Below are positions 40,201 through 54,680 of a DNA stretch of 64,000 nucleotides, one piece after another. Positions within the stretch are counted from its first letter, which is position 1, and the number at the start of each line of letters is the position of its first letter. The translations under genes and the position numbers were made by a program. The notes under the pieces are model-generated. The model saw only the letters and a list, made by a program, of their open reading frames with translations. It ran no database searches and was not told the origin of the DNA. The DNA comes from Eledone cirrhosa (Eukaryota): contig OZ024742.1 in NCBI GenBank assembly GCA_964016885.1, forward strand, positions 250,728,001-250,792,000, read 5' to 3'.

Positions 40201-42259
40201 ATATATATATATATACATACATATATATACACATACATATATATATATACATATATATACATACATATATATACATATACATATATATATATATATACAT
40301 ACATATATATACATATATATATATACATACATACATATATATACATATACATATATATACACATACATATATATACACATATATATAAATATAGATACAC
40401 ACACATATATATACACACACATATATATACACATACATATATATATATATATACACATAAACACATACATATATATACATATACATATATATATACACAT
40501 ATACACATACATGTATATATATATACATACATATATACACATATACACATACATATATATACACATACATGTATATATATATATACATACATATATATAC
40601 ACATATACATACATATATATATACACATATACATACATATATACACATATACACACATATATATATACACATATACACATACATGTATATATATATATAC
40701 ATACATATATATACACATATACACACATATATATATACACATATACACACATATATATATACACATATACACATACATGTATATATATATATACATACAT
40801 ATATATACACATATACACATACATGTATATATATATATACATACATATATATACACATATACACATACATGTATATATATATATACATACATATATATAC
40901 ACATATACACATACATGTATATATATATATACATACATACATATATATACACATATACACATACATGTATATATATATATATATACATACATATATATAT
41001 ACATATATATATATACACATATACACATACATGTATATATATATACATACACATATATACACATATACACATACATGTATATATATATACATACACATAT
41101 ATACATACATGTATATATATATATACATACACATATACATATATACATACAAATACATACACATATACATGTATATACATACATACACATATACACATAC
41201 ATGTATATATATATACATACACATATACACATACATGTATATATATATACATACACATATACACATACATGTATATATATATATACATACACATATACAC
41301 ATATATGTATATATATATACATACACAAATATACATACATATATATATATATACATACACATATATACATACATATATATATATATACATACACATATAT
41401 ACATACATATATATATATATACATACACATATATACATACATATATATATACATACACATATATACATACATATATATATATATACATACACATATATAC
41501 ATACACATATATACATACATATATATATATATATACATACACATATATACATATATATATATATATACATACACATATATACATAGATATATACATATAT
41601 ATATATACATACATATATATATATACATACATATATATATACATACATATATACACATACATATATACATACATATATATATAAATACACATACATACAT
41701 ACATATATATATATATACATATATACATACATATATATATACATACACATATATACATACATACATATATATTATATACATACATCTATATATACATACA
41801 CATATATACATATATACATACATATATATATATACATATATACATATATATATATACATATATACATACATATATATATACATATATATATATACATACA
41901 TATATACATACATATATATATACATATATATATACATACATATATATATATACATATATACATACATATATACATACATACATATATATATATACATATA
42001 TACATACATACATATATATATACATATATATATACATACATATACATATATATATACATACATATATATATATACATATATACATACATATATATATACA
42101 TACATATATATATATACATATATACATACATATATACATACATATATATATATACATATATACATACATATATACATACATATATACATACATATATATA
42201 TACATACATATATATATACATACTCATATATACATACATATATATATACATACTCATAT

Positions 42260-42314
<55 letters not shown>

Positions 42315-42325
42315 CATACTCATAT

Positions 42326-42366
<41 letters not shown>

Positions 42367-42522
42367 TACTCATATATACATACATATATATATATATATA
42401 TATACATATATACACACATATATATATACATATATATATATATACATACATACATATATATATACATACATATATTATATATATATATATACATATATAT
42501 ACATACATTTATATATACATGC

Positions 42523-42571
<49 letters not shown>

Positions 42572-42729
42572 CATGTACATATATATATATACATACACAT
42601 CTATATATACATATATATATATATACATACATATATATATATACATACATATATACATGTACATATATATATATACATACACATCTATATATACATACAT
42701 ATATACATATATAAACATACATATATATA
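40201..42729. repeat. 2.5-kb compound (TA)/(CA)/(TACA) microsatellite
   Basis: Almost exclusively alternating purine-pyrimidine; source of the long YI/HT pseudo-ORFs. Confidence 0.98.
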
Positions 42730-43271
42730 TGGTAGCTGCCAACTCGTTTTCGAGGACGGCCACTACTTTATATCCATGTAGGAGAACCCCCACCGATGCG
42801 CTGAACGAGTGCGACTTCTTAGTCCAGCCAGCAACTTGAAAACTCTGGTACAAACACTACACTTGTGACAATTATTGACACATAGTGCTGAGCCCATGGT
42901 ACCATGTGATGACAAGTGCAGAGAGATCTCCAGATATAAACCAATGCCTGTGCCATGAAGCTTTTATAGTGAGCAAAGGCACTGCACAAAGCCAGTCCCA
43001 CTCTCTTAACCAAGATGATATTTACCAAAAAGAAGAACAAGTCAACATCATTGGATACCATCAGAGTTGCAGGTGTTATATCAGAGTTTTCCTTCTCCTA
43101 AAATTCTGCCTTGACAAAGGCTAAGGGATCATCTCTCCCGGTGATTTTGGATGGCCATTGACTCTTAAGAGCTCCTTTGCCCTTTGACAGGTTTTGTTTT
43201 TATTCCTGCAGAATGTCCAAAGTCACCCTCCTCACCAAGAAACCTTGGTGGGGTTGCCAGTTTAGTCACCA
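42730..43271 (-). mobile_element. Second near-identical copy of the ~550-bp RTE 5'-UTR-like unit
   Basis: Direct repeat of 39648-40200 with the same left boundary. Confidence 0.7.
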
Positions 43272-43329
43272 TATATATATATACATACATATATACATAC
43301 ATATATATATACATACATATATACATACA

Positions 43330-43375
<46 letters not shown>

Positions 43376-43610
43376 TATACATACATATATATATACATAC
43401 ATATATATATACATACATACATATATACATACATACATATATACATACATACATATATACATATATATACATACATACATACATATACATATATACATAC
43501 AAATATGCATATACATACATATACATACAAAATAACAGGTCCATATTTTTTTTTCTCTATAAACATTTTTTCCGATTCCACGCTTCCCGTCCCTTCAATC
43601 TTTCTAATTT

Positions 43611-43653
43611 ATCATTCTTTCTGATGAAGGACTAGCGTCCGAAACGTTATGAT
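43611..43653 (+). ncRNA. Minimal hammerhead ribozyme in a dispersed Penelope-like repeat (~43540-43720)
   Basis: CTGATGA A GGAC TAGC GTCC GAAA CG TTA; palindromic AACGTT; sister copies at 48683-48717 (-) and 12430-12463 (+, decayed). Confidence 0.7.
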
Positions 43654-46483
43654 CCTCTTCCTGCTAATTCAAGCGTTAAACTAATATATTCCTTCCATAT
43701 ACTGTACCGATTGTGTTCTTATTTATGTTTATCTTTTACATACATACATATAGATATATATCTACACATTTGTGTATATGTGCATGTGTAAATAAAGTTT
43801 GTATATATATATATATATGCACATAACATATGCACAGATACACCCATATAAAGGTTATGTGAGAAGACACGTGTGTGTAGAACACTGCAATTGTCCAACA
43901 CTACCACTGCCCCACTACCACCAGAACGCCCACCATCACTCTCACTACTGGTACTATCAGCAACACCACTACTACTACTTCGTCAGCGACATTACAGTAT
44001 CAAGTCCAGTTAAAGGTCACACGTACAACATACATAAACTATACTGTTTCGAGGGATTACATCAAGTATACATCACCACCACCACCACTGTCACTACCAT
44101 AATCACACTGCCATCTCCATCACACAACCACCATCACACCACAGCCTGCAACCAATAGTGTCATTATTGACTGGAATAGACCTCCGTCGGTTTCGACGAT
44201 GAATGTTTCATTTGTCCAATCAACAGAACAGCCTACTCATGAAATAAACGTAAGTGAATATTCCACAGACACTGGTATTCTTGACCTAAGTTTCAAGAAA
44301 GGTCAGCGGACTTCCACACAGTGTCCGTCTCCGTCAACCCAATTACAGCCATAAAGTCTCACTCCAGTGAGATCAAACCTGGCACCTTATGATTGTGAAG
44401 CGAACGTCTTTATATAAAAAATAATAAAAAGAAAAAAAATGCCAAGATGCAGGGGAGACAACTGTAGTTGACTAACTATACAAAGTGGAAAATATTTTTC
44501 ATGTGTCTTCCAATTTCATATTGATAAATATTTATATTATCAAACAGAATAATCTCATAGATTGTATACAGAAACGCATAATATTAAGTAACAGCTTCAA
44601 AACTTTCACTATAAAATATGAATTAAAAAATTATGAAGAAACTCTAAACTGGTTATGTCCCTTAACGTTCTGAGTTCAAATTCCACCGCAGTCAATGCCT
44701 TTCACCCTGTTCGTGCTAATCCCGACCCTAAGAATATGAGGCAATAAATAGAAATACACAGTCGTGATACTTCTACTGAGATTGAATCCTCCACTCCATA
44801 ATAGACATACATGATGTCTAACTCCCGTCAAGACGGACATAACGGAGTAAAACTTTAAAGAACGCGGTAACGCTAAAAAGGGAGATAACTATAAATGTAC
44901 TACTAGAAGGTTGCTTATATTCTTACAAGAGTAACCGCCCTTTGCAAGAAAAGTACAATAATTTTATTGTTTGTGCTGTTGTCGACAATACGACTAAATA
45001 ACATACGTTGAAGTCACGCTAAAACTTCTGCGAGGAAAGCAATTTATTTCAGGCATTGCCAACATATTTCAATACATTTTTAAGCAAACTTTCCACTGAA
45101 TAATTTTCCCCTAGGTATGCAGTATGATTATCGAGTTCGCTTTGCACCCACGTAGTTTCGGGTTCACCCTCACTGCATGCCACCTTGTGCAAATATCTTC
45201 TACCAATGTCTCGGTTTGACCAATACTTTGTGAGTAGAATTTGATGGATGGGAACTGCAAAAGCCCAAGAGGGTTCGTGTCTATATAGGTTTCTGTCCCA
45301 TTCAACAAAAAGAGGTGATAAATTAAGTAACAGACATGGAATAAATAAGTACTGGGGTCAATATCATTGACTAAATCACTTAAAGGAGTTGTCTCAGCAT
45401 GGCCATAAATAGAAATATATAAGCAAAATCACCAAACTATTCTCAACCATAAATTGTAATTTTCATTAAACCATTACCTATCACACAGACATGCTTTCAG
45501 TGTTATAATATGGCTGAATGATTCACAATCATTAGTTCCCAAGGTCGATCCCACTGAGTGGAATCTTGAGCAAGTACCATCTACAATAGCCTGGGAGCTT
45601 GTGAGTGCAATTAGGAAGATGGAAACTATGAAAGCCCGTCAAAAGGCCAGCCTAGTGACACAATGTGTCATCCTGAATCTCCTTCAGAATTACATTAATG
45701 ATACACAGGTCTATAGAATGCTCAGCCACATGCACAACAATACAAGATTAACTGTACCTATAATTAAAGGAGCTAACCTTATCATGCACAGTGTGTTACA
45801 CTGATTCTTACTGGGAACTACATTAAGGGGACCTGCACTTTAATTTTACGAGTGGGTTGTTCTATTGATCACCATCTGGAAAATTCAACGGTGAGATTCT
45901 ATTACACAAGGCTGTTGATGGAGATATAACTGTCACAGAAAGGTTTACAGAGAACTTGTGGTGGTGGTGGTGGAGGGATCAGATGAGAAGCGGGCATCTT
46001 TACTGAATTAAGGTTCACTGCAACAGTTCTTCGTCAGTTCATCCAGACCAAACCCAAACAAAGGGTTCAGAAGGTTTTTCAATTTTATCAAGGATATAAC
46101 AACTTCCCCAGTGTTGATGTCACCCAGTACACTCTGTAAAATGGTTGGGGGCAGGAACGGCATCCAGCTATAGAAATCATGCCAAAACTATTACATATGT
46201 ATGTATGACATAGTTTCCGACCTGTCTGGGAGGACAGTAACTTCAATTAAGTTCTAACTTAATGATTCGTTCAATCTAGCACACAAAGGAACATGGACGT
46301 TAAATGATGATGAAGATGATGATTATAATATATATACACATACACACATATATATATATATATATAGACACACACACACATATATATATAAATATATACT
46401 CTTATGTGGTTGACAGCTGAGAGAAAGGAGTACTCAATACCTAAGTAGAGTATTAGTATTCAATATTATTAAGGCTAAAAAGT

Positions 46484-46540
46484 GAGTCTTGTTACTCTGG
46501 AGTTTCGTTTGTTTATCACAGAGTCATCAGACAAGAACTC
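46484..46540 (-). ncRNA. Hammerhead ribozyme with a degenerate stem II, in a dispersed repeat (~46400-46560)
   Basis: Minus strand: TCTTGT CTGATGA ...GAAA CTC CA GAG TA ACAAGA; a truncated sister copy lies at 28095-28200 (+). Confidence 0.65.
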
Positions 46541-48682
46541 TTGTCTGCAACAGCCCCAAGCAAATTAATGTGTTGTGAGTATGTGTTGTATATGTGGTAA
46601 TGTATGTAGTCTATATATGTGTTTGTCTGTGTGTCACTAATTATTAGATAGTGTTTTTTAACTCCTGTATAACACAACAATATCTGTTACAATAGATGAG
46701 CCCAGTTTCTACCACAAACATAAATAATATCAAACGGCGATAAAGACATTTATCTAATTTATCTCAACAAAATCTGTTTCCTTTTCTCCATCCTTGTCTC
46801 ACATTTCACTCTTTCATTCTTCCTATCATTCTCACTTTCCACCTCAGTATATTTATCTCTATCTATATATCTTGCCTTTCTCCTTATTATCTGTCTGTCC
46901 CACCCCACCCCACGTCACCCCCTCTCTCTCTCTCTATCTATCTATGTCTGTCATCTGTTTAAACAAGATCTCTTTCAAGATTGATATTCTTCAACCTGTA
47001 TACACTACTATTGTTCTGTTGTGGAATGTGTCTCAATGTATTCAGAAAATGGTAAATTCCTGTAGAAAATTAACTCTATTGTTACCAAACTGACCGAAAA
47101 TGTTCCTGGTGTTACAATGCAATGCACCATTTTAAATTGTTTATATTTATCTAAAATAATTCCATCAGGATTTTATCTTAGAACTATTATGTTCCAAACA
47201 ACTTCATAATGAAAGTTAGTTTTACTAAGTCCTTCTAAATTCTTCATTAATTTTTAAATTATTTGAAAATCCCAAACAGTGTCCATTCATTAGAAATAGG
47301 GTAATAGAAGGATTAATAGGGCTAAAATAATCTAATTTAACCCTTTTATGAATGGGCCAGCGAGAGATCTATGTTTCTGTGCATGGTATGTGTGCATGTA
47401 TGAGCATATGAATGTATGTGTGTACTTATACATATATATATTTGTGTATGTCTGTATGCATATGTGTGCGTCATGGCAATATAACCCTGACATAAAGGAC
47501 CTGAAACTCAATTACGTTAATTTGATAACAAGCTTTGAAATTCGCCACCAATAACAATTTATATAAAAGAAATCTCACGTCCAAAATAAATATATGTTAA
47601 TAACAGGTGTCCTAGCACAGTAGACAATGCCACAGAACAATATTATTAAGAAATTTAACCACACTGACGCAACAGAAGCAGCACCAAGAAAAATACACAA
47701 AGATCACATTTTGTATAGTATAGAAACTAAATGTAACCTTGTTATAGAATAGATGAACACATAATTAAAAAAAAATAATAAAACAGAATGTGTTGATTCT
47801 CACCACAAACTCATAGTTAGAATTTAAAATCTCCTCATTAAGATGCAACTACAGTCTGGTAAACCATAAAACGTACTGTAAATGACCAATGTGATATATA
47901 TATATTTCAATGCAAACATGACAGTTGTGAACTTCATGATCAAAATGATTACTTTGGTCACATGAGCACTACACTTTCCCATTAAGTAACCATGCACTTC
48001 CAACAAGATGCCATTGCAACACATTTCAATACAATATGTGTAAAAAAAAATAAAAATCAGGAGCACTATATTAGTTGATAACACTACAATTCTATACAGA
48101 ATTCTCACGCGAAACAAGATGAACAAATACAAGTATAGAGGCTCAACTAATATCCGAATATAAACCTAACATTAACACAGAAATACAGCATACGCAAAAA
48201 CAATTATAACTGCCATGCATCAACTGTTAAGAAATTTCAAAATCAGGTGTCTATAATTTTCTACCAATTGCTTGGTAATCTGCAGCCACTGCTAAACACA
48301 TGATTAATATACAACACTAGTATGACCGTTCTGATTCTGAAGATGACCACCACGAGTGTGACCATTCTAATTCTAAAGATGGAGCTGTGAAGACTTCAAT
48401 ACATTTATATACACATATGGATTTAGTGTTCCAAACTAAGTATAAAGAACAAATAAGAAAATATTATACAAAAAGCAAACTTTAATAAAAATGATCAAGC
48501 TTTAACACATCCATGATTTCTATGTAATATTTTTCAAAGAAATGCTGCTGCCTACTTATACAAGTGTGTGTGTGTGTGTGTGTACGTGCACGCATGCCTG
48601 CGTGTGTATAAAAAATATCAAAACAAATGGCACAGTACATGGAAGAAATATATTAGTTTAACACTTGAAATAACAGGAAGAG

Positions 48683-48717
48683 CTTTAACTTTTCGGACAC
48701 TAGTCCTTCATCAGAAG
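48683..48717 (-). ncRNA. Minimal hammerhead ribozyme, same family as 43611-43653
   Basis: Minus strand: CTT CTGATGA AGGAC TAGT GTCC GAAA AG TTA AAG; flanks are homologous to 43540-43720. Confidence 0.6.
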
Positions 48718-49359
48718 ATAGAGTTAGAAATAGAAGATAAATAGAAAGTAAAATGTGATGAGAGGAAGGAACAAGGAAAATATAAAAAAAAAATTGGGGA
48801 GAAAAATAAAACATGTGCATATTCATATAGATAGACAGACATTGTTGATACAGTGTGACTGTTGTAAGAAAAATGTCAAGATTTTTTTATAGTTCCACTA
48901 CCACCACCATTTAATGAACAGTTGTCATCATAAACCTGTCAGTTTCCTTGACAACTACAGCAATGACATCATCATTAACAACTACAACATCAAAAATCAA
49001 CTTCATCATCAACAACAACAGTAATCATAAGCATAATTACATCTTCAAGAAGATGTCTTACATTTATTTACCTACAGTAAATATAGCCTTGACCAGGAGG
49101 TGTTGATGTCATCAAACAGTGTCCAACATTCATTGGGTGTTTCAACCCTCAACCATAATACCCTCTCACTGGTAGGTCATCAGTGATGGCCAAATTACTA
49201 TCTAACTTCACCTCCTGGTTTCCAGCTTATCTCCTTTCTCCTGCTCCAAAGCCAACAACATTGACAGTAATAATAAAAATAATATCAACATCAATAACAC
49301 TGATATCAATAACAACAACATCAACATCACTCGCAACAACTACATCCTAATCATCAACA

Positions 49360-51500
49360 TCAAGATGTCAACACTGTACTCCAGAACATCCTGAGTGCAA
49401 TATGGACAGCACGTGCAGCATCGGTGCTACGTAAGCAGAAAAAACATCCCAAAAGTGCAATTTGGGAGACTGCAACGGTCCGTCTTGCCAGAAAAGAACG
49501 GCGCAATGCTGAATGTGAGTACAAACTGCACAAATCAGACATTAATAGGAAGAGGCGAAATAGATCGTCCAACCACCTCAAACAGGTGACAAAAAAGGTA
49601 GTGCTTCAATTTGAGCAGTGCATAGCAACCAGCCCTGACAGTAAAGTGTTCTGGAAGTATGTTCACTCAAAGCAGAGGCCTCACTCTCCAGTTGGTCCTC
49701 TTTGCAATCCCCACACAAGCCAGGTTACTGACGACCCCAAGGAATGCACAGAGCTCATTGCTGAATGCTATGCAGGCATTTTCCCTATTGAAGACCAGAG
49801 TGTACCATCTCCACCACCTATGACACCGGACTCTATTACAACACCTGCAATGCTGCGACGTCACCTAAAAAACAAACGCAACCATGCCTCTCCTGGTCTT
49901 GATGGTGTTACGTACCTGCTTCTTAAACGTCGTGGGTACTTCCTTCTGCACCAGTTATCACGCTTCTTCCAATTCTGTCTGAACAACAGTGCTACTCCAG
50001 AACAGTGGAAAACTGCCAGTGTCATTCCTCTGTTCAAAAAGGGTGACCGCACATCACCTGTGAACTATCGTCCAGTCAGTCTTACTAGTTGCATCGCCAA
50101 ACTGATGGAATCCTGTGTCAGAGAAACACTTTGGAACTTCTGGAGCTCTCACAGTCTTATCCGGCCCTCGCAATTTGGATTTATCCCCAACTCCAGCTGC
50201 TGTGATCAACTTATAGAGTTTCTTGAGGACATCACCCGGATCACTGATGGCGGCTCATGGGTGGATGTTGTTTACCTTGACTTTGCGAAAGCCTTCAATT
50301 CTGTGCCACACAAAAGGCTTATGGCAAAACTCTCTGCAATGGGTGTGAAGGATGATCTTTTTAACTGGTTGAAGTCCTTCATTCTCAGTCGAAGAGAGGT
50401 AGTCACGGTTCTGGGACAGCATTCCTCACCATATGAGATGTCATCTGGTGTACCACAGGGATCTGTTCTTAGCCCCCTTTTGTTTGTGGCATATATTAAT
50501 GACATAGATGCCAACTAAAGAATGCCACGGTACTAAAGTACGCAGATGGCATCAAGCTGTACCTTGAGATAAAAAGGACAGAACCTGAACACTATAGATC
50601 TTGCTTGCAGTCTGACCTGGACACAATGCAACAATGGATCTCAGACTGGCAACTCAAGCTAGCTGTGGACAAGTGCACCACCATGCATTTTGGGAGTAAA
50701 AACCCAGCGTCCACATACTCCCTCCACAGCACTAATATCAAGAAGTCTTCTTGTGAATGTGACCTGGGCATTACGGTCAGCAGCGATTTGCGTTGGACGA
50801 AGCATGTCTCTAAAATTGTCAAGAGGGCCGAGGGTGTCTTAGCATCACTCAGCAAGACCTTTGTCAGCCGCGCTCCAGATATCTAGTTAAGGCTGTACAT
50901 GGCTATGGTGTGGCCACACTTAGAATTTGCACACCAGTCTGGAACCCCTATCTTGCTCAGAGCATTGACCGCCTGGAAACTGTTCAGAGACATGCAACCA
51001 AGCAAATACCCTCCATCGGGCATCTACCATACTCTGAGTGCCTTGCTTTCCTGGGCATGGATGCATTGAAGCTCCGACGCCTGGCAACTGACTTGGTAAA
51101 CACCCACAAAATTGGTAACCATCTTGCCAACAACAACCCTGAGTACCTTTTTGATTTCCATGTGTCTAACACACGTGGACATGGCCACAAAGTCAGAAAA
51201 CAGCACAGTTCCCGTGACTTTCGGAAACATTTTTTCACGCTCAGAGTTGATGAAGCATGGAACAAACTACCTGCATCAGTTGTTAGCTGTCGAGACACTG
51301 CATCCTTTAAGGCATCCATGCTTCCCGAGATCCGCCAACACTACAGCTAATGTTCCCCCTCCATACACATACACACATGTATACCATGACTCATACACTA
51401 TTCACTTCCCTGACATTTGTGTATTATTCTATGTACTATACATACACCTTTGACGAGTTGTAGTGCACCTGAGCACTTTACACAATAATTTCATTATTAT
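49360..51500 (+). mobile_element. 5'-truncated, disrupted CR1/L2-group LINE (reverse transcriptase pseudogene)
   Basis: SPGLDG, VIPLFKKGDR..PVNYRPVSLTS, QFGF, VVYLDFAKAF, GVPQGSVLSPLLF, YADGIKLY, TRGH..K; stops at 50516 and 50884, frameshift near 50910; ends in an (ATT)n-like tail. Confidence 0.92.
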
Positions 51501-52229
51501 AATCATCAGAAGCACCATGCCACAACCAGTGAAGAGAAATGGTTACTGTACCCAAGTGGGAGATGTGTGATGTGGAGATGTCTCAGTAAACACAGGCCAG
51601 AGTTGAAGACATTTTAATTGTCATTCAGGATGCAAATATTATGATTATTAACATGTGTGGTGTAGGTGAGTTTATCTGGTTTAGAATAGGTACAATGTAT
51701 GAAATAAAAAGAACTGAAATTTAGAGCTCAACCCTATACAGGTTTAACTGGCCACCTACCGGGCTGTATATTTTATTGGAGGTTTCTTAGGTGTTTTAAT
51801 GATAGCAATCCCAGTCCTATCATGAAAAGCAATGTGAAATGAAACATCTTACTCAAGAAAACATGCTACCCGTTCCATGAATCGAACCCACAGCATTAAG
51901 ATCATAATTATTAGGTCATATACCTTCACAGGAGGGATTTAATAATATAACTTTCTTATTATTAAGCTGCCATTTGGAACATAACAAAAGTTATTATAAA
52001 GAATTATGATGGAAAGTATTTTAATAAAGATAAATTCTTTAACCCATTCATTACCATATTTCTAATGAAAAACACTGCCTATGATTTTGATATAATTTTG
52101 GAAATTATCAATATAACTAACTTTCTCAGAATGTGTGACAAAAGAGCTTTGACAAACAATTTTCTCATTATTAACCTGGTGTTTTGAACATAACCTAACA
52201 ATGGTTCTAACATAAAATTATTAAGGAAG

Positions 52230-52445
52230 TATTATGATGCACATGGCTGACAATCACTGGATGAAGAAGTGCCAAGAAATCCCAGTGGATGGAAGATCTG
52301 GGCAGATGTACTAAAAGCTGATTTTGAATTGTTCAAGCTCTCAGAGGAGATGATGAAAGAATGCAACAAGTGGAGAAATGCTGACAAAGACTTGTCCAAC
52401 CCATGCAAGCATGGAACAGTAGACATAAAATGATGATGATGATTT
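52230..52445 (+). mobile_element. Degraded RTE 3' end
   Basis: PRNPSGWKIWADVLKAD-like coding remnant followed by CCCATGCAAGCATGGAA..GAC(A)TAAAA(TGA)n. Confidence 0.6.
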
Positions 52446-54451
52446 TAGATAAATATAAACAATTTAAAACACAGCTTTGAATATTAGAGCCAGGGGCAGT
52501 TTGTTATCTACAGTAAAATATAGAGGGACAAAGTGTAGTGTGAGGTAATAATACTAAGTAAGACAGGTAACGACAGGTAATGGCAGGTGTGTCAGGTAAC
52601 AAGGCAGTAACTACATAGTCAGTCAGTCAGTCTCTCCCTTTCTCTCTCTCTAGGAAAGTATATTCTATCAAATGAAACCACAGTGGAATTGGAGCAGCAG
52701 CAACAACAACAACTACAGCAATATTAACAGCATCATAACAACAATAATGTCAGTAGAATTGGAACACCAACATTAATGTAACTGTAGTAACAACACCAGA
52801 GACACCACTACCAACATCACCAATAACACCACCACCACCACCAACAACAACACCACCAACTACAATGTAACTATTGAGAGACAACAACAACAGGGAACTG
52901 AAGCGACAACACCAACAGTGGCATCACCACCAGCACAACACCACCTACAACAACTACAGTGGAATTGTAGAGACAACAATAGCAACAGGAATGGAACAAA
53001 GTAAGGAATGGTAAATAAACATAGAAATGCCATAATTACTCAAAGAAGAGATATCTATATATATATATATATACACATATCTATCTATATATATATATAC
53101 ACACACATATATATATATATATCATCATCATCATCGTTTTACGTCTGTTATATATATATATATATATATATCATCATCATCATTTCATTTCATTTTACGT
53201 CTGCTTTTCCCTGCTTGCAAGGGTATATATATATATATACACACACACACAGATACTGATATATAGTGAGAGAGAGGGACACATAAGCTAATGATATGTA
53301 TATGCACAAACAAACTATTGGATATACGGTGTGTTAAGTAAAGGGTGAGTATATATAGGCACACACAACCTAATGGTGTATATATCTAGACACATACACA
53401 ACCTAATGATGCATATACTAACACACACAAGCTAATGGCGCGTGTGTGTGTGCAGTCACACAAGATTGTGTGTGTGTGCGTGTGTGTATATATGTGTAGA
53501 CACACAGGAACCATTGGCACTACTTTAAGGCACAGAAATAGGTAACTAAGGAATGTGGAACATCAGCAACAATAATAATAGACAATAGTAGTTTGGTTTT
53601 GCAGGTAATTCTACTGCAAATGGTTTCAACTGGTGCTGATGGGGAGTGGGGATGGTTTTTTTTTTTACAACTTTTGATGTCACTACTCCCTCCAATTATC
53701 TCTACCACCACCACCACCCAGGGGTTGATAAAATAAAGTACCAAATAATACTAATAACTAGCTGACTTCTTGGAAAATCCATAATATATTCCTCTGACAT
53801 ATACTGTAGATACTCATATATAAGCACCTGCCAAAAAAAAACAATGGTAAAATGGGGTCAGCTTATATTTGAGGTCAATAGTTTGCTGATTTTCGGCAAC
53901 TTTAAATTCTTCATAAATGTGACGCTAAAATATGTATTTCTACTATTGTTTTTCATGTGCTTTGAATAACAATGGTATTAAAAATGGTCAGAAATTGGTG
54001 AAAGAGCATTACATAATAGTCTTGTGAAACAAAAACTACAATGTTTGTTCCAAAATTAAGGGAAATTATGTTTTTATTTAAATGTTTATTAGACGTAGAA
54101 GACAGCACAAGCATGGTCTGCTGTGGACCAACTAGATAAGGTGTGGAAATCTAACATAAACACAAAAACAAGTTAGATAATTCAAAGCTACAGTGGAATC
54201 AATCTTACTGTATTCCTGTGGTAACAGTACCTATCACCAAAGCTTTAGATGATTGCTACACCTGAAGAAGGATAAAAAAGATCAAACCTCTTGACCTACA
54301 AACAAAATTCTCTATGGCAACTTCTTGCACATAAGCCATACCATTCATATCAGATGTCTCCAACTTGCAGGTCTCATGTCATGAGAGGCAATGAACCTGC
54401 TACATGTGAAACAGAAATGCAGGAGACCTCTCAAGACATTAAAGAGAATCA

Positions 54452-54680
54452 TTAACCCTTTAGCATTTAAACTGGCTGTATCCGGCCAGACTTCTATCAC
54501 TTCTTTCTGTTCTAACCGGCCATAACTGGCCCCTCATACTGACATTAAGGTATTGTTCTCAAAATAAATAATATCAAAATCTCATAGATTCGATATTATG
54601 TGAGATAATTATCTGAGGCAAAGCCTTTACCGTGAAAATATAATAGTAAATATAGAGTAATGTGAATACTAAAGGGTTAA
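54452..54680. mobile_element. piggyBac-type MITE with TTAA target-site duplication
   Basis: TTAA CCCTTTAGCATT ... AATACTAAAGGG TTAA; second copy at ~4908-5116; appears to interrupt an older RTE remnant (~54250-54780). Confidence 0.85.

Noticed and set aside
40083-42781. Very long ORFs (494-863 aa) rich in Y/I/H/T or Y/M/C/V
   Set aside because: Translations of the (TA/CA)n microsatellite, which lacks stop codons; not genes. The same applies to the ORFs at 29.7-30.1 kb, 32.3-33.2 kb and 43.2-43.6 kb.
53800-53900. Tc1/pogo-like terminal sequence (TACTGTAGATACTCATATATAAGC)
   Set aside because: No matching opposite TIR found; too degraded to call.
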